From assembly GCA_000320545.1 (NCBI GenBank), contig ADNK01000060.1, positions 3,740 through 67,739 on the forward strand: a stretch of DNA of 64,000 nt, read 5' to 3'. Under the pieces are notes generated by a model. That model had not been told where the DNA came from. It worked only from the letters and a program-made list of their open reading frames with translations, and did no database searches. The stretch's first letter is position 1, and every line of letters starts with the position of its first letter. The stretch is from Bigelowiella natans CCMP2755 (Eukaryota > Protista > Cercozoa). Position numbers and translations under genes: made by a program. Shown piece after piece: positions 26,679 through 40,400 of the stretch.

Positions 26679-26715
26679 ACAACAAATGCCACAATCGTTG
26701 TGGGAGTTGTTGCAG

Positions 26716-26746
<31 letters not shown>

Positions 26747-27718
26747 AACTACTACCACCCATAGACAACAAATAGTCATGGTGGTAGTAATGATATCATA
26801 AAAAGATGATTAAGGTGGTGTTGGTACTTAATCTGCGAGCAGTTCCGCACTCACGGGACTGTAGACAGTGATCAGAGTAGTAACTGGTGTGAACTTATTT
26901 GAGGGAATTTCTAATGTGTGTCGTTGGGAGAGAGGGAGACGATCAATTTCAAGCCCACATATGTGCGTGCAAAATATAAGCGGTGCACACGATATGTTTG
27001 AAGAAGAATCTTGTTTATTTTTTTTAGCGTAGTTACTAGTCAAAACTGCATATGTAGTGCGGACATATTTGCATACATTTCTATATTTACGACATGCATA
27101 TTACAAACGTACCATATGTTGTAGAAGGTGATAATATACAGTACAGTCACAGAATGTAATGCGGCATAATTACATACATGCCTTGCGATGATTGCACCCT
27201 TACTTGCATACTGCATACGTGATGAGCGACACAGCTAGACAGCCTAGCTATAGCTAGTAGCACTAGAGTATGGGCAGTAATTTATATTTTTGCGCGGCGC
27301 GGTCACCCTCTCTAGCTCAATCAAGAAGCATGGTGCAATGCATACTTCATGCAATATATGCTAGCTTGCAGCCTATGCCAGCGCGGTCAGTACGTAAGCT
27401 GTCAAGCTGTCTCTCGCAATCAATCATGACGGTGTGTTTACGTGATGTAAATGTGCGTGCTCTTCTACTGCCATGCGTGCACTGATATATGTGCGTACAT
27501 GTATAGCATCGCCGATAGCGAGAGCTAGCTAGCTAGACGAGTTATTTTGGTCAATTTTGCATACAGATACTGGTCGATGTGTCTAGCTAGCTAGCTAGGC
27601 ATGAGAGACTCCGCGTGTTACAGTATAAGCACGTTGTGCTTATATGCTTGCCACGATCAGCTGTGCATTGCATCAATGCGTGTACAAGCAGCCGGAAAAA
27701 TGCTGAAGCGATGACTTA

Positions 27719-28761
27719 TCACTCTTTCTTATCAGATTTCTTCTTCTTCTTTTTCTTCTTCTTTTTCTTAGCAGAGCTGTCATCATCTTCCCTATTCTTT
27801 TCCTTTTTTTTCTTCTTCTTTTTCTTCGCCGGCTTGGAAGAAGATGAAGAGGCAGCTGAGAAATATAGACCCGATTAGGAAGAAGTCGATTGCAAAAGAG
27901 AATAATGGCAACGCCAAGTGACACAGTTGAATAATAGACAGAGAGAGAGACAGATATCACCATAACGATACTTCTTTTCTACTTCTACTGTTGACTCACA
28001 TGGCAACTCTTTAAATTCACTGAACTCGCCGTATCCACCTTATAATAATACGACGATATTACCAAGTTAGACTCAAATTCACAAGGACGATAATGGTGAT
28101 GATGATGATGGTGATGATAATGATGATAACAATAATCGCAGCTTACATGTAGATTATTATATCTTATTTCAAAATGATTGGATGGATACAAGTTCCAAAG
28201 TATTCGTCTTCTTTTCCCCTTCATAATTAATGTATAAGACCGACCTGTTGCTCCTCCTCCTCCTCCTCCTCCTCCTCCTCCTCCTTCTCCACCTGCATCA
28301 GCTCCGTCGTCGTCGTCGTCGTCATCTTCTTCATATCGGCTCTTGCTTATCATTGGCTGCTGCTTTGGGGCATCATCGTCATCATTGTCGCTTTCAGGTT
28401 GTAGTTGTTGGGAAAATCTTGACGACGATCTCCCTTTTCTATCATCCTCATTATCTCTATCGATATCGTCGTCGTCGTCGTCATCATTATCGGAGTAGAA
28501 TCCTTTAAGAGCGTTACCATCTCCGAGCTTTTCGTTGTGTGTTTTTGCCTGGATCATCATCATCATCATGACCATCATCGTCATTTGTCGTTGTAGTGGT
28601 TGATATTCACATGCTACTATCAAAAGAGACGCTACTAATTGAATGTGGAGAATGAGGAAAAGGCAGATGAAAGAGACAACAAAGAGGGAAATGACCAAAA
28701 CATCTCAGTGCCACTGGCACACACGCACGCACACACACGGAGCTGAAGGGTAGTTAGCAAT

Positions 28762-28795
<34 letters not shown>

Positions 28796-28822
28796 CATTC
28801 ATTTGTCGCTACCACCACCACC

Positions 28823-28853
<31 letters not shown>

Positions 28854-31517
28854 GCAGCAGCAGCAGCAGCACAGAAGCAGTCCAGACTGACACACTACTA
28901 CTCTTTATGTTCACTGCTATTCCTCCTCCTACTACTCCTACTACTACTACTACTAGTGCTGGTGTTTACTACTACTATAGTCACACACCACTGCTTGCTG
29001 CTGATCTGGTGAAAAATTGTCGAGATCATCGTCTTCGCCATCATCATCGTCACCACCACCACCACCATTATTATGATTAGTTTTTTTATTGTCATTGGAT
29101 TCTTCCTTGTGTCCTACTCCCCCAGGAGGAGCAGCATATTTGAGGGCCCCACCACCGCCATCATCATCGTTATCGTGATCATCCCCTTCGTGCAACCTCT
29201 GCACTGAAGATGTTATCGTGTCTGCTCGATGTTGCTCTGCATCTTCGAGATCATCATCGTCGTCTTCGTGATACTTGTCATCATCGTCATCATCATCGGC
29301 AGTTGGTGATGGGTACTTGAGCACTTCTTCCCTCTTGTTGATTGTTCATTGAATCCGTTGTTGTAGTCATCATCACGCCAGGAATAGAGAATAAATCATG
29401 ATCAAATTAAAAGTAGTATTACACAAAACAATTACAATCAGAATAACCTGCTGTATTATGATGATAAATGTAGTGTTAGTAGTAGTATTCGTAGTAGTAG
29501 TTTTAGTAGTAGTAGTAGTAGTAGTAGTACCCATCAATCCCCTTCCACTGCTAGATAAAGGATAATCTACTACTAACTACTACTGCTACTGCTACTACTA
29601 CTACTACTACTACTACTACGACGATGACGACGATGATGGTAGTAACAACCTCCACTCCATGCCCGCGCTCCTCCTCGTCGTCGTTGTCATCATCAGCACC
29701 GTCCTTCTTCTCAGTATTTTGTTTGTTCTTTGACATCGCTGCGTAGGCATTGGTTTGGATTGCTTCATGCTCCTCCTAAGCAGCAGCAGCAAGCATATTC
29801 CCAAACAGGTTACCACAAACAATCAATACTCATTCGCACAAACAAGTACCAGCCACCAACCGCTGGGGGGGGATCAATCATAACGTAACTATTAAAAGAT
29901 AAATACTACTCTAACTACATCTCATGCTACTACTGCACTACCAACCAATGCATCATCGTCGTCTTCGTCGTCATCAATAGCTTTGATATACTCATCATCG
30001 TCATCAACATTTCCATCTTGATCGTCGTCATCATCCGCCTCAAAAGGTGCTGTCTCTTGCTCTCTCTGATTGCCTGCAGCATGTGTACAATATTCAGCAT
30101 TCTTCGATGGTAATGACTGGTATGGTAGATGTAGCTTATATCTACATCTATTTTTTCCTGATAATCAAGCTGTTACTTGATATTTCTTTCCTCTCCTTTC
30201 TTCCATGCGTGTATGTTCAAGTATGATGATGTCGTTAGCAGTGTATCTTTCTACCATCATCATTACCATGATCTTCGTCGTCATCGTCCTCGCCAAAGAA
30301 TCCTGCTGCCAGCTCTCCAGGATTGAAGTTATCAAGGTCATCATCATCACCATTCTGATTCTTATGACGATGATGAGTAGCTGGTTGCTGCTTCTTCCGA
30401 GTAGTAGGCTATAATGATATCGATGATAACAATTGCATCATTATTCTTACGATGACCAACAATATAATGTTACCGATCATATTCATTTTATTGTTATCTC
30501 TTAATTCTTCTCTCTCTCTCTCTCTCTCTCTCTCTGCTATACATTTGTCTTCGGCTTTGCATTGGTGATCTTAAGCCCTCCTCCTCCTCCTCTATCCCCG
30601 TCGTTCTTGGCAGGCGATGGAGTCTTCCTAGTCGTATTTCTTGGGACATTTTCCCAATCATTAGTAGCATTAGTTCCTCGACGCTGTGCCGCTCCTTTAT
30701 TCTCCTCCTCCTCCCTCTCCTTCTTCCCCTGGGTTGATGCTGTTATTATCTTCTTCTTCAAACCTTTCATCATAATCATCATCAGGTTGTTATGGTGTTT
30801 GTTCAATGCAGCAGGAGGAGGAGGAGGAGGGCAACTTAGTACGAGGAGGATATGATGTAGCACTGCTGCATATTTAATAAAAAGGAGGATGAAAAAGTGC
30901 GTCGTCTACTTCTGACAACGCAGATAGGGAGGATGCGTTAGTATTATCATCATTCAAAAACTGAATCACTGCTACTACTACTACCTGGCTGCTGCGACTT
31001 TGGTATAGGTCCTTGGGCAGGTATTGGTGGCCGGTTTGCAAGCGCCATTTGCATGTTTACTAACTGAAGTTCATAGGAATTTTAACGATATTAACAATGA
31101 TAATAATGAGCACATCTCCATCATCCATTTTCATAATCAACATCATCATCACTCAAAATACATTACAACTCTCAGAGCTATTATTACCTTTAAGTAGCTC
31201 TCGTAATCTTGTTCTTGAACAAGTTGCGCCTTGAAACAAGAAAAACCAGTCACATGATTAAGATGGATTGATTACTACTTATAATGATGATATCGAAACT
31301 AGCAGAAATCATACGAAGGTACGTACGACTTCTAGCACAACAAAAGGCAAACACTATTCCCTGCGAAAACAAGAAGAAAAATTTATATCATCTTGTCCTC
31401 AATGAATAATAACAAGTGTTCAACTATGATGGTGATGATGATGAGAAGGAGGAGGAGGGGAATAACCTCGTGCTGTGCGGTTTTGAGCTCCTGCGTCGCT
31501 CTTTCTAATTCATGCTG

Positions 31518-31561
<44 letters not shown>

Positions 31562-32167
31562 ACATCAATGCATGCACAATTATCGGTCTCACATAATATT
31601 GTTGGGGCTGCTGCTGCTGATGGTGGTGGTGGTGGTATTGCTGCAATGAACAACATCATAAGATGCATTATTCTTCGTGGTGCTCGCTACCTTGAGAGAA
31701 TCCTGCTTGAGGAGCAAGAAGGGGATATTGAGCCAATTGTACAGCTGTTTCAGACCGTACCCATTCATCATGCAGCATTCGATGTAGTTCACGTTGCCTT
31801 CGCATGACCGAAGAAAATTCTCGATCTGCACCTCCGTTACTGATAATAACACCCGTAAATTAATAATGACACGCACACGCACACGCACACGCACACAGAT
31901 AATGCGTACCACAATCAAGACCATCTTCACTACTTTGTTTTTATAAATTGCTTCTCTTTAATGTGGTGTTTGCACAATGCAACAACCTTCTCTCCTTGTG
32001 TGCAAATCACGGAAGTTGGCCATCAGCAATATCTGGCAGCCTTGAGGAGTTTTCTTGAGCTCCTCTTTGACGTAGTCGAATGTCCATTTTCTCGTCGGGT
32101 CCATTAACTAAGCAAGAGAAGATCATCATTTCGTGAAAAAAATCGAAGCTGCTAGTATTATCATATG

Positions 32168-32199
<32 letters not shown>

Positions 32200-33477
32200 A
32201 TTTGGACGGAATAAGTAACCATGAGAATTGCGTGGCATCCTTTATAGACGTCTACAGTCGAAGCGTCTGAACAAGACAAATGCGAAGAATATGCACAACA
32301 ATAACGACAATACAACGACGAAGATGACAATCAACAACACAGGTCTTTGTTAAGCACCGCATCAGCCCTCTCTCTCTCTATCTTTCACTTTCTCTGATAC
32401 ATACTCAAGCTATCATACATCTAAGACAACATCAGACGGAAAGGATAACCACAGATACGTTGATCTATAATCGTCACCATTAGACCACCAATAGACGATG
32501 GCACTTCTACTGCATTGCTACCGCTTTACCACTAATACGCACTACTACTACTTCTCCTACATACAACCCGCTACTATCGTCTTTGGCAAAGCATCAGAAG
32601 ACAGTTTTCCTTGAGCGACTAAACTCCTTATTCTGATGGATGAATAGAAGGATTATAAATTGTTCTTCCAGCTCCAACAGTAACAGCAAAACTACCTCGC
32701 TTCCTGGTCGGTCATAGTCCCTTTGTCCACAACATCCCACACTTCAACCTGATTCATGCAGATAATTCATCGAGGGGTCAGTCACATGTTAAGCGTTCAA
32801 TACATCGTGTTTGTTGTTGCTGTTGTTGTCGTTGTATTGTCTGCAAGTGATAGTATCCTACCTGCACTAGGTCGCTCGTTGTTTTGTAGTTCCAGTCGAT
32901 ATGCGCAACCTAGTGTGAACAACGGTAGTTAGGCATGTTGAGATCTATATACACAACTCATCCAGAATTGAAGAGACCAATGAATAATTGACCACAAGTT
33001 GGCAGGTTGTATTCCTATTTGTTGTTATTATTCATGCAAATTTCGGAAAAACAGCCACCTGAATCTGTGGCGTCGGTATATGGTCCTTAACAAATGACTT
33101 TCCTTCCAGCCTGTAGAATAGAAAGTGAATAAAGTTGTATTAGCGCGAAACAAAGTATTGCATCGTCCAAAACAAGCACCGAGTTACTACCTTCTAAGGA
33201 GCGAGGTTTTCCCGGTTTCTCTTCCCCCGCGTATCACAATTTTCACTAAAATAGGTCAGTGTATGTGCAAAGTATTTAGAATACGTAGAAGTCGCATGTG
33301 TGCAGGCATATTCTGCGAAGAATGCGAAACTTTTAAAGAATAATCTTTCAGCTCATCATTACTGTTATATCCAGTTCCTTGTCGGAGCTTTCTTTGGATG
33401 TGCGGGTGCATGCGATTAATGCCCCGGGATTTGAGCGCAGCCTCCTGAGCGCTCGGCCCAGATTCCGTATTCCCCAT
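27719..33477 (-). CDS. RABL6: Rab-like protein 6 (RBEL1/PARF) with long low-complexity tail and Lys-rich C-terminus
   Basis: [106 protein letters not shown]. Acidic low-complexity exons follow, ending KKKKSDKKE*. Confidence 0.9.
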
Positions 33478-34527
33478 GCTATTTCTCCTCTCTTTCTCTT
33501 TCTCTTTCTGAAGGACATAGAGTTGAGCATGTTAGACAGGTGGCGTGAGAACCTAGCTTGCTAGCGCTCGCAAGGTTGGGAGAAATTTCACAAGCATATG
33601 CTTTACAGCTCGCTACTTTCTTTTGATCTAACCCTTTTTATCAGTATAACCTTGAATGCGTGTCAGCGGAGGAAGTAAAGGCTATTGCAGAGTGGGGATA
33701 CTTCTTCTTTGGATGGTGCCGATGATGAAATTATCGGCGATATTATTATGGAAGAACAACCTCCTCCTTTTTAGCTTGTTTTATAGGTTATTTTCCAATG
33801 ATTTTTGGTACGTGATGCTGATGATGCAGCAACAGCAGAAGAAAAAGAAACAACGAAACAAAGAAACAATAACAAATTAGAACAATTAGGTTATTCTATC
33901 ATCATTATTGTTTCCTTCTGTGATACGTTCGCACTGTCCTTAGATATCGCTATTTCCTTTTATTTATCTGAAATAAAAGTGGATGATTGATGTTGTAGTA
34001 GTTATTGCTTTTGGTTTTTGTGAATAATGATGTAAAAGTATCATTATCAAGACTGAAACTCGTAGGTTTATAGGGAAAATTAATGTAGATCTAGATCTAC
34101 TGACTTTATTCTCTTTACATGAACTTCTCGTCTCTCGTCTGATGAAAAAGGAAAGGTTGTTTTTCCATGAATTTCCATGATAGATTTTCATCCTCAGACT
34201 AGGAATTTCCTAGAAGGTACGACATGATGAAAAATGAAAAATGGAAATGAATTGGAAAATAGCGTTGTTCATTCGTTTTTTAGTGTTTCCCGCACTTTTT
34301 CTTCAAACGGACAGTTTTTCAGAACTACAGTTATTCACACAGATGCTAAATCGTAATGAATAGATTTTATTTCTTAGCTACGACATCAATATATCTTTGA
34401 ATATACTACATTCTGATGGTACGCATTCAGTGTTTTTTGAAGGAAGTGTCTTGCGAGCCGCAAAACTCACGTAAAACGAGGACCTGCTCCACACCCGCTG
34501 TAGTAGCAAGGCTAATTACGCAAGACT

Positions 34528-35405
34528 ATGTCAGAGAACCAAATGCGTGAAGTGCACCTGCCTCCTGGGGCGGGGGCATCCGCACAACAGCGCCTCGCAG
34601 ATGTCAAGAGTAAAGTGACCGAGCAAGTGATGCGGGCTGTGAAGGACACAGAAAAGCAAATCGATAAAGAGATTCAAGCCCTCGACAACCTGAATAAGTC
34701 CGACCTGGAAAGTATTCGGAGAAAGCGAATGATCGAGATGAAAAAGAGGGCGGAGAAGATGTCTGAATGGCGATTAAAGGGCCACGGAACTTACACAGAG
34801 ATTCAAGACCAGAAAGACTGGTTTGAAGAAGTGAAAAAAAATGAGCGAACCATTTGCCTATTCTACCGGAACACTACGAACGCTTCCGATAAGTACACAC
34901 AGATCTTAGACAAGCACCTAGGACAATTGGCTGTGAAGCATATGGAAACAAGGTATCTCTTTGTGGCAAGTATCACAATTAAAGGGTCGATGTTCATAAA
35001 AAACTGTTTGCATTTAGGTTTATTAAAATTAATGCAGAGAAGTCGCCCTTCCTTGCCAAGCGGCTAAATATAGTTTTGCTTCCTACGATCCTGTGCACGA
35101 AAGATAACTACACTCACGGTAATTATATTTTAAACATAACTTATTCATTCTCCCTCAGAGTTGTAAATGCAGATCGAATCGAAGGCTTCGACCCTCTCGG
35201 CGGAACCGATAGCTTCTCCACACAGACGCTTCGGGCTCGCTTAGGACAAAAAGGAAATATTGATTACGACCCATTAGTAGATAAGCCAATACAAGAAAAG
35301 GAGCTCTATACTACTACAAAATCAAACAAAAGCGGCAAGGCAATCTATGAATCGAGATTGGCTCAGCTTGGAGACGATGATGATTGGGACGATATCTCTG
35401 ATTGA
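34528..35405 (+). CDS. TXNDC9: Phosducin-like thioredoxin-domain protein (PhLP3/APACD), 3 exons
   Basis: LESIRRKRMIEMKK...W..KGHGTYTEI, FEEVKKNER.ICLFYR, ILDKHL..LA.KHMETRFIKINAEKSPFL..RLNI..LPTI, GFDPLGGTDSFST. Confidence 0.9.
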
Positions 35406-37411
35406 CGCAGCCCTTAAAAATACTATGATCAGCAAGAGTAGAACCCTAACATGTGTCAGAATCTCTAAATAAACATCGCTTGAAATGTACTAGCTATAAT
35501 GTAGGTAACATGTGATATTATTCAAGCTGTGCTTGCCGCTTAGATCGCAGCAGCCGAGCGACCTCAGGGAACTTTCATTTGCTTCAAGCAATAGCACTCA
35601 TTTGAATCGAATGATACGAATTTATGTTCATTTGAACGAGCAATTGCAAATAATGACCATTATTGCAACGGCGCATCATAAGCTAATATTATTCGATCAC
35701 CACCCTCGTATATTAATTTAATTTACTATAGACATTTATAACAGTTATTACACATCAGATATTCTTTGTCTATTCTAGTATTGTCATACCTATAGACATC
35801 TAGACATACGTATATATATAACATAATGAACATGCTAGTCGTTATTCATAGCATTCAATTCGATTTATGGTCCTCACTAGCTCATGTGTACGTATAATAT
35901 ACGTGTGAAATGTGAAATGTATGTTTTAGCGCGTGCTGCGTGCGCATCATCGGTGCTAGAGTTTAGCTACGTAGGTACGCGCTGTGCGAACGCAATAATT
36001 GTCGAACACACAGATCTCATTGGATTGATTCGATCAAGGCCGGATGATCGACTGTAATATAACTTACACGTCAAACATGAGAATCGGAAATGCATACTAA
36101 CAACAGTGGTAAATTGCATTTAAAATTTATGCCATTATTTAAATTAAGCGAACTGAATATGTAACACTTTTCCAAATACCGCAACGGTTGAGAAGTCAAC
36201 AGCCTTCAACAATTCACGTGATAACAGTACCAATAGCAGTAAAATTGCTGACAAGAATCTTATTATCGGCCCGCGCGCCCCTATTGTGCTTTTGAATATA
36301 TGTTATGCACTGCGACCAGGAACTTAGAAAAATATTGCAGGTGTCTTTGGAAAATGCCCATTGGTAAAAAACCAAACCATCTCGTACATCTGAGCACTGA
36401 GCAGCTTGCGTAGGATTGACGAAATATTTCATTCTTTACCAAAAATAGTTTGTAAAAGGAAATTCATCGCTTCCATGTAGTCTACGAGAAGATAAATGTT
36501 TTTGAAACGAACTCTATCAGATTGCTCCTGGTATCCCAATCTCTTCAAAACCAAACAATGTCAATGCATTTGTCAGAGTGCCCTCTGTTCTATTTGTGGG
36601 AGGTCGAATCAAAGGTTCTCTCCAATGGATGGATATCCATCGCATATGGTTCAAGAATATTATATTGCAGTGGTAGAGGAGCTTAAGGAAAGGGGCAAAC
36701 GGCGTGTCTTCTACGGTTCGTCATAATTCAGATTGGTAGTCAGAGGGTATCGGCCGTTAATGAATTCATCCCAGCCGTGCTTTTCAACCAGAAAATGATC
36801 GATGATGCGAGGAAAAACTCTGCAAATCGCCTACATACCATCCAGATGTGTGTTCTGCGCTCACAGAAATAGGAATTTAGTGGCGAAGTGCCAGTTAAAA
36901 AAGTTTACATTGGATCAGGCAGTAAGTTCACTTTTGTTCTGGGTGAGATGTCGTCAAGAATAAAAGCAGGTGATATCCATCATATATACCCAGGTTGCAT
37001 ACTGAAAATGAGTTTGTTTTTATTTTAAAATGTTTAAATATTTGATGTCGCATAAATATAAAGCATGGGATATAATCGTTTTTTGGAATTCGAAATTTGC
37101 ATTATTTCGCCCATCTCCCGTTTCATGGGGACCGAGTGGCGTTACTAGATCTGCCCGCCAACCAAATTCCACACGCAAAAACTCGTTTAGCTTGCCACTT
37201 CAGGCTTAGCAAAGAGGTATTATCCGTAAATAAAGTCGTTGCTGTGTAATCTTACTTATGCGCTGGTTGCCATTAAACATTAGCTTGTAAGTGATTACAT
37301 AACCTATTTTGGAAAACAAACCTTATTTTTTTAAAACGATATGTTTCTCTTTTTGTGGATGAGTATTAATAATCCATATATTGCTAAGCTCTACGAGGTT
37401 TTGGTGTAATC

Positions 37412-40400
37412 ATGGCCAATGAGGAGTCTGCTTCCACGGCGGAGGAAGCCCTCGCCAACTCGACGGGAGCGAAACCTGAAACTAAGGTAGACAAAAAGGA
37501 AACCGAAGTTGGAACCACAGAAAACAAAAAATCTGATTCTCCCGGTGAGTCTGAAGGCAATCCTGTAGCAACAAAAAATGAGGCTAAGACCAAACAAGAA
37601 GGAGAAGCAGTTCGGCAACAGGAGGAAGAAGTAACTGCCGCAGATCCGGCGCTAGTACAGTGGATTAAAGATAACACTAATATCAAAAGCGAGTGGCAGG
37701 ATGAAAACGTGGAAGTCGTAGAGAAATTTCTAGTCAAGCCCGAGTGCCGCAAGCTTGTTGCATTTATGAATGAAGATGGAAAGCTAGAGGTGCAGCTTGA
37801 CACTTTTCCTTCACTAGGGGAAACTAAGAAAATACAGTTTTTCCTTAAAGCGTTTCCAGAAATGGAGTTGAACGTTGATAGTATAGGCGACTGCATATTC
37901 CATGGAATTTTGAGTGGAGATGAGACGATGGACAGCTTAGTAAGAATTATGCAAAGTTTATACATACCAACCTTCCTTGGAAATAAGACCTGGCCGGAGA
38001 GCGTGCGCAAAGAATTTTCCGGGCAGCTACACCGATTTATGGCAACCCTAGTTGATGCAACAAATCAAAAGAAGGGGAAAACAATTTTGTATCTCCCTGA
38101 GGAGGACCTCTCTGATGCTACCATTGCTTCAAAAAATAAGGTCTTCAATAAACCACCGAAAATATTCTTACACACCCTTGTGCTGTTCATATCAAGTGTA
38201 ATAATATTCCCACGTATGGCTCCACCACCATCTTACACTTGTGTGAAATTTTTGATATTTAATAAGGATTTGGTGCAACGACTCGAATCCACACTTTTGC
38301 ATTGGACAAAGCAAATTAAGGAAGTTGTGAGCGGATCTGAGAACACTCAGCAACTTGAGGCTTCTGGGCCGATCGAAGAGATCGAATTGTGGGGTAGACG
38401 TGATAAAGATCTGTCTGGCATAAAAAGGCAGCTTGAGCAACCCAGACTCAAAGAAATTATCAATGTCCTACAACTTGCTAAGTCTTCTTATGTGACTAAT
38501 TTCCAGAGTTTGGCGTCGATGATCCATGAAGGTTCAAGTGAGGCTATATCAAACTTGAAGTTTCTCAGTCCTCTTAAAGCTCCATGCGAAAAAATGGCTA
38601 AATCAACCCCAGACAATATCCCAGATATTTTACCGAAAATTCTTAACATCATCCGCATGATCACGACCCTCTCGCCGCACTACTCATCGCAGGTCGTACT
38701 CCCATGCTATTTTTCTTACATTCTTTGACACATTTACCAATTCATATTATTAATATCAGGAAAAAATTACCAATCTCTTACTGCGCGTAAGCCACCAGAT
38801 CATCGTGCAATGCAAAGCCAATATAAACCTTGAGGACCTATTCGGTAAAGACGTTACGGGCTGCATTGCAGCTTTGTCGCTCAATATTCATTGTTGCGGC
38901 GAATGGCGCAAGATATACGATGAGACTGTAGAATTGATCTCAAGGTCTAATGATACAAGAAAGTGGGACTCGTTCGATCATGGAACAATATTCGCTCAAA
39001 TAGAAGCGTTTAAGAAGCGATGCTTCGACCTAACGGAAGTGTGCGAGGGTCAATTGCAATTCTCCAGAAAATATATTAAAGTAAAGCCTGGTGAGCGCGC
39101 GCCAATACCGGTATTTGGTGGTTCCAGTGGGAGAGCAATTGGTAAGAGCCTCTTTGAGATCGAAGATGCGTTCGAGAAACAACTCAATAAAATGAGAAAC
39201 CTCGATTACGATATCTTAAACGTTAAGTCAACGGATTGGCATGACGATTTCAACGCGTTCAAAGACGGCATGAGCGACTTAGAAGTAATGCTTACAAACG
39301 TGATATCGTCCGCCTGGGAAGGAATCTCAACAGTCAAGAGTGGCGTGGAGCTTCTAGACGCCTTCTTCCAAATCGCGCGCAGGAACACCATGAAACCACG
39401 TCTTGCTGCGCGCGTCTCTGCAGTCTACACCATGTTTGCAGCGGAGGTTTGTGGCGAAATCCGAATTAGCATTAGATCCCACCCATATATTGCATCACAG
39501 TACATGTTTCTATTGTGTTAGGTGAAACGTGTCAAGAATTGTTTTGAGAGCGATAAACGCCCAGATGCGATGCATTCAAGCTCTTGCGCCCCCATCCGTC
39601 GCAATTCACGCATGTGCGGAAGCGCAATGTGGGCTCGAGGACTCCTTGAGCGTGTCAGAGAGGACATGGAGATTTTACAAGAGGCGACCTGGCTACCCCA
39701 TGTTGTTGAAGCATCTGAGGTGATTACCTACAGCATTTGTTTTTTTTTGCTTTATCACTTTTCAATCAGTATTTTTAATCAATATTTTGAAAGAGAGAAT
39801 AAAAAATTTAGTTCCTAAAAGATCATCAAGCCCCTTCCTCTTAAAATTTACCCATCATGAGCTCTTTTGTCATCGTTAAATATTCTGTTCTCTGAGATAT
39901 TCACTGAGACTCATTATTACTGGAACCGTAGGCGGTGAAGAAGTTTAAGTCTCTCGAATCGCTGCTTGTCACGTACGTGAGCAGTGGCTGCTTTGACAAG
40001 TGGGAGCAGCAGATCCGCGATGAAGAGAAAGCTATGCCATCTAAAGAGAGACTGAAGCAATATTTGCTATCCCGGTCCTCGAGCCTGTCAACTGAATCTG
40101 TTCTTGGCGAAAGCCATCTGCTTGTGAGAAATCCTGAAGGCAGACTAGAATGCCAATTCGACAAGCGCATCATAGAGGTGCACAATGACGTGTACTATTG
40201 GAATATCTTCAACGAGGTCTTCACGCAGGATGCGGTTAGCATCCCTCACCAGGCCCGTCAGATCCAGATTTTGCAGGAACGACTTCGAGTGATCCGTGAC
40301 CAGGTGATGCAAGTCGTTAGAGAGTACAACAAGACTAAGGAGTATCTAACTGACGACGAGGAGAGGCTCTTTGAATACCACCTTGGTAAACTCGATCGTT

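Noticed and set aside
36496-36800. PMDGYPSH resembles the pogo/Fot1 DDE motif LDGHxSH
   Set aside because: No downstream QPLD motif, no TIRs and no extended ORF; too little to call a transposase relic.
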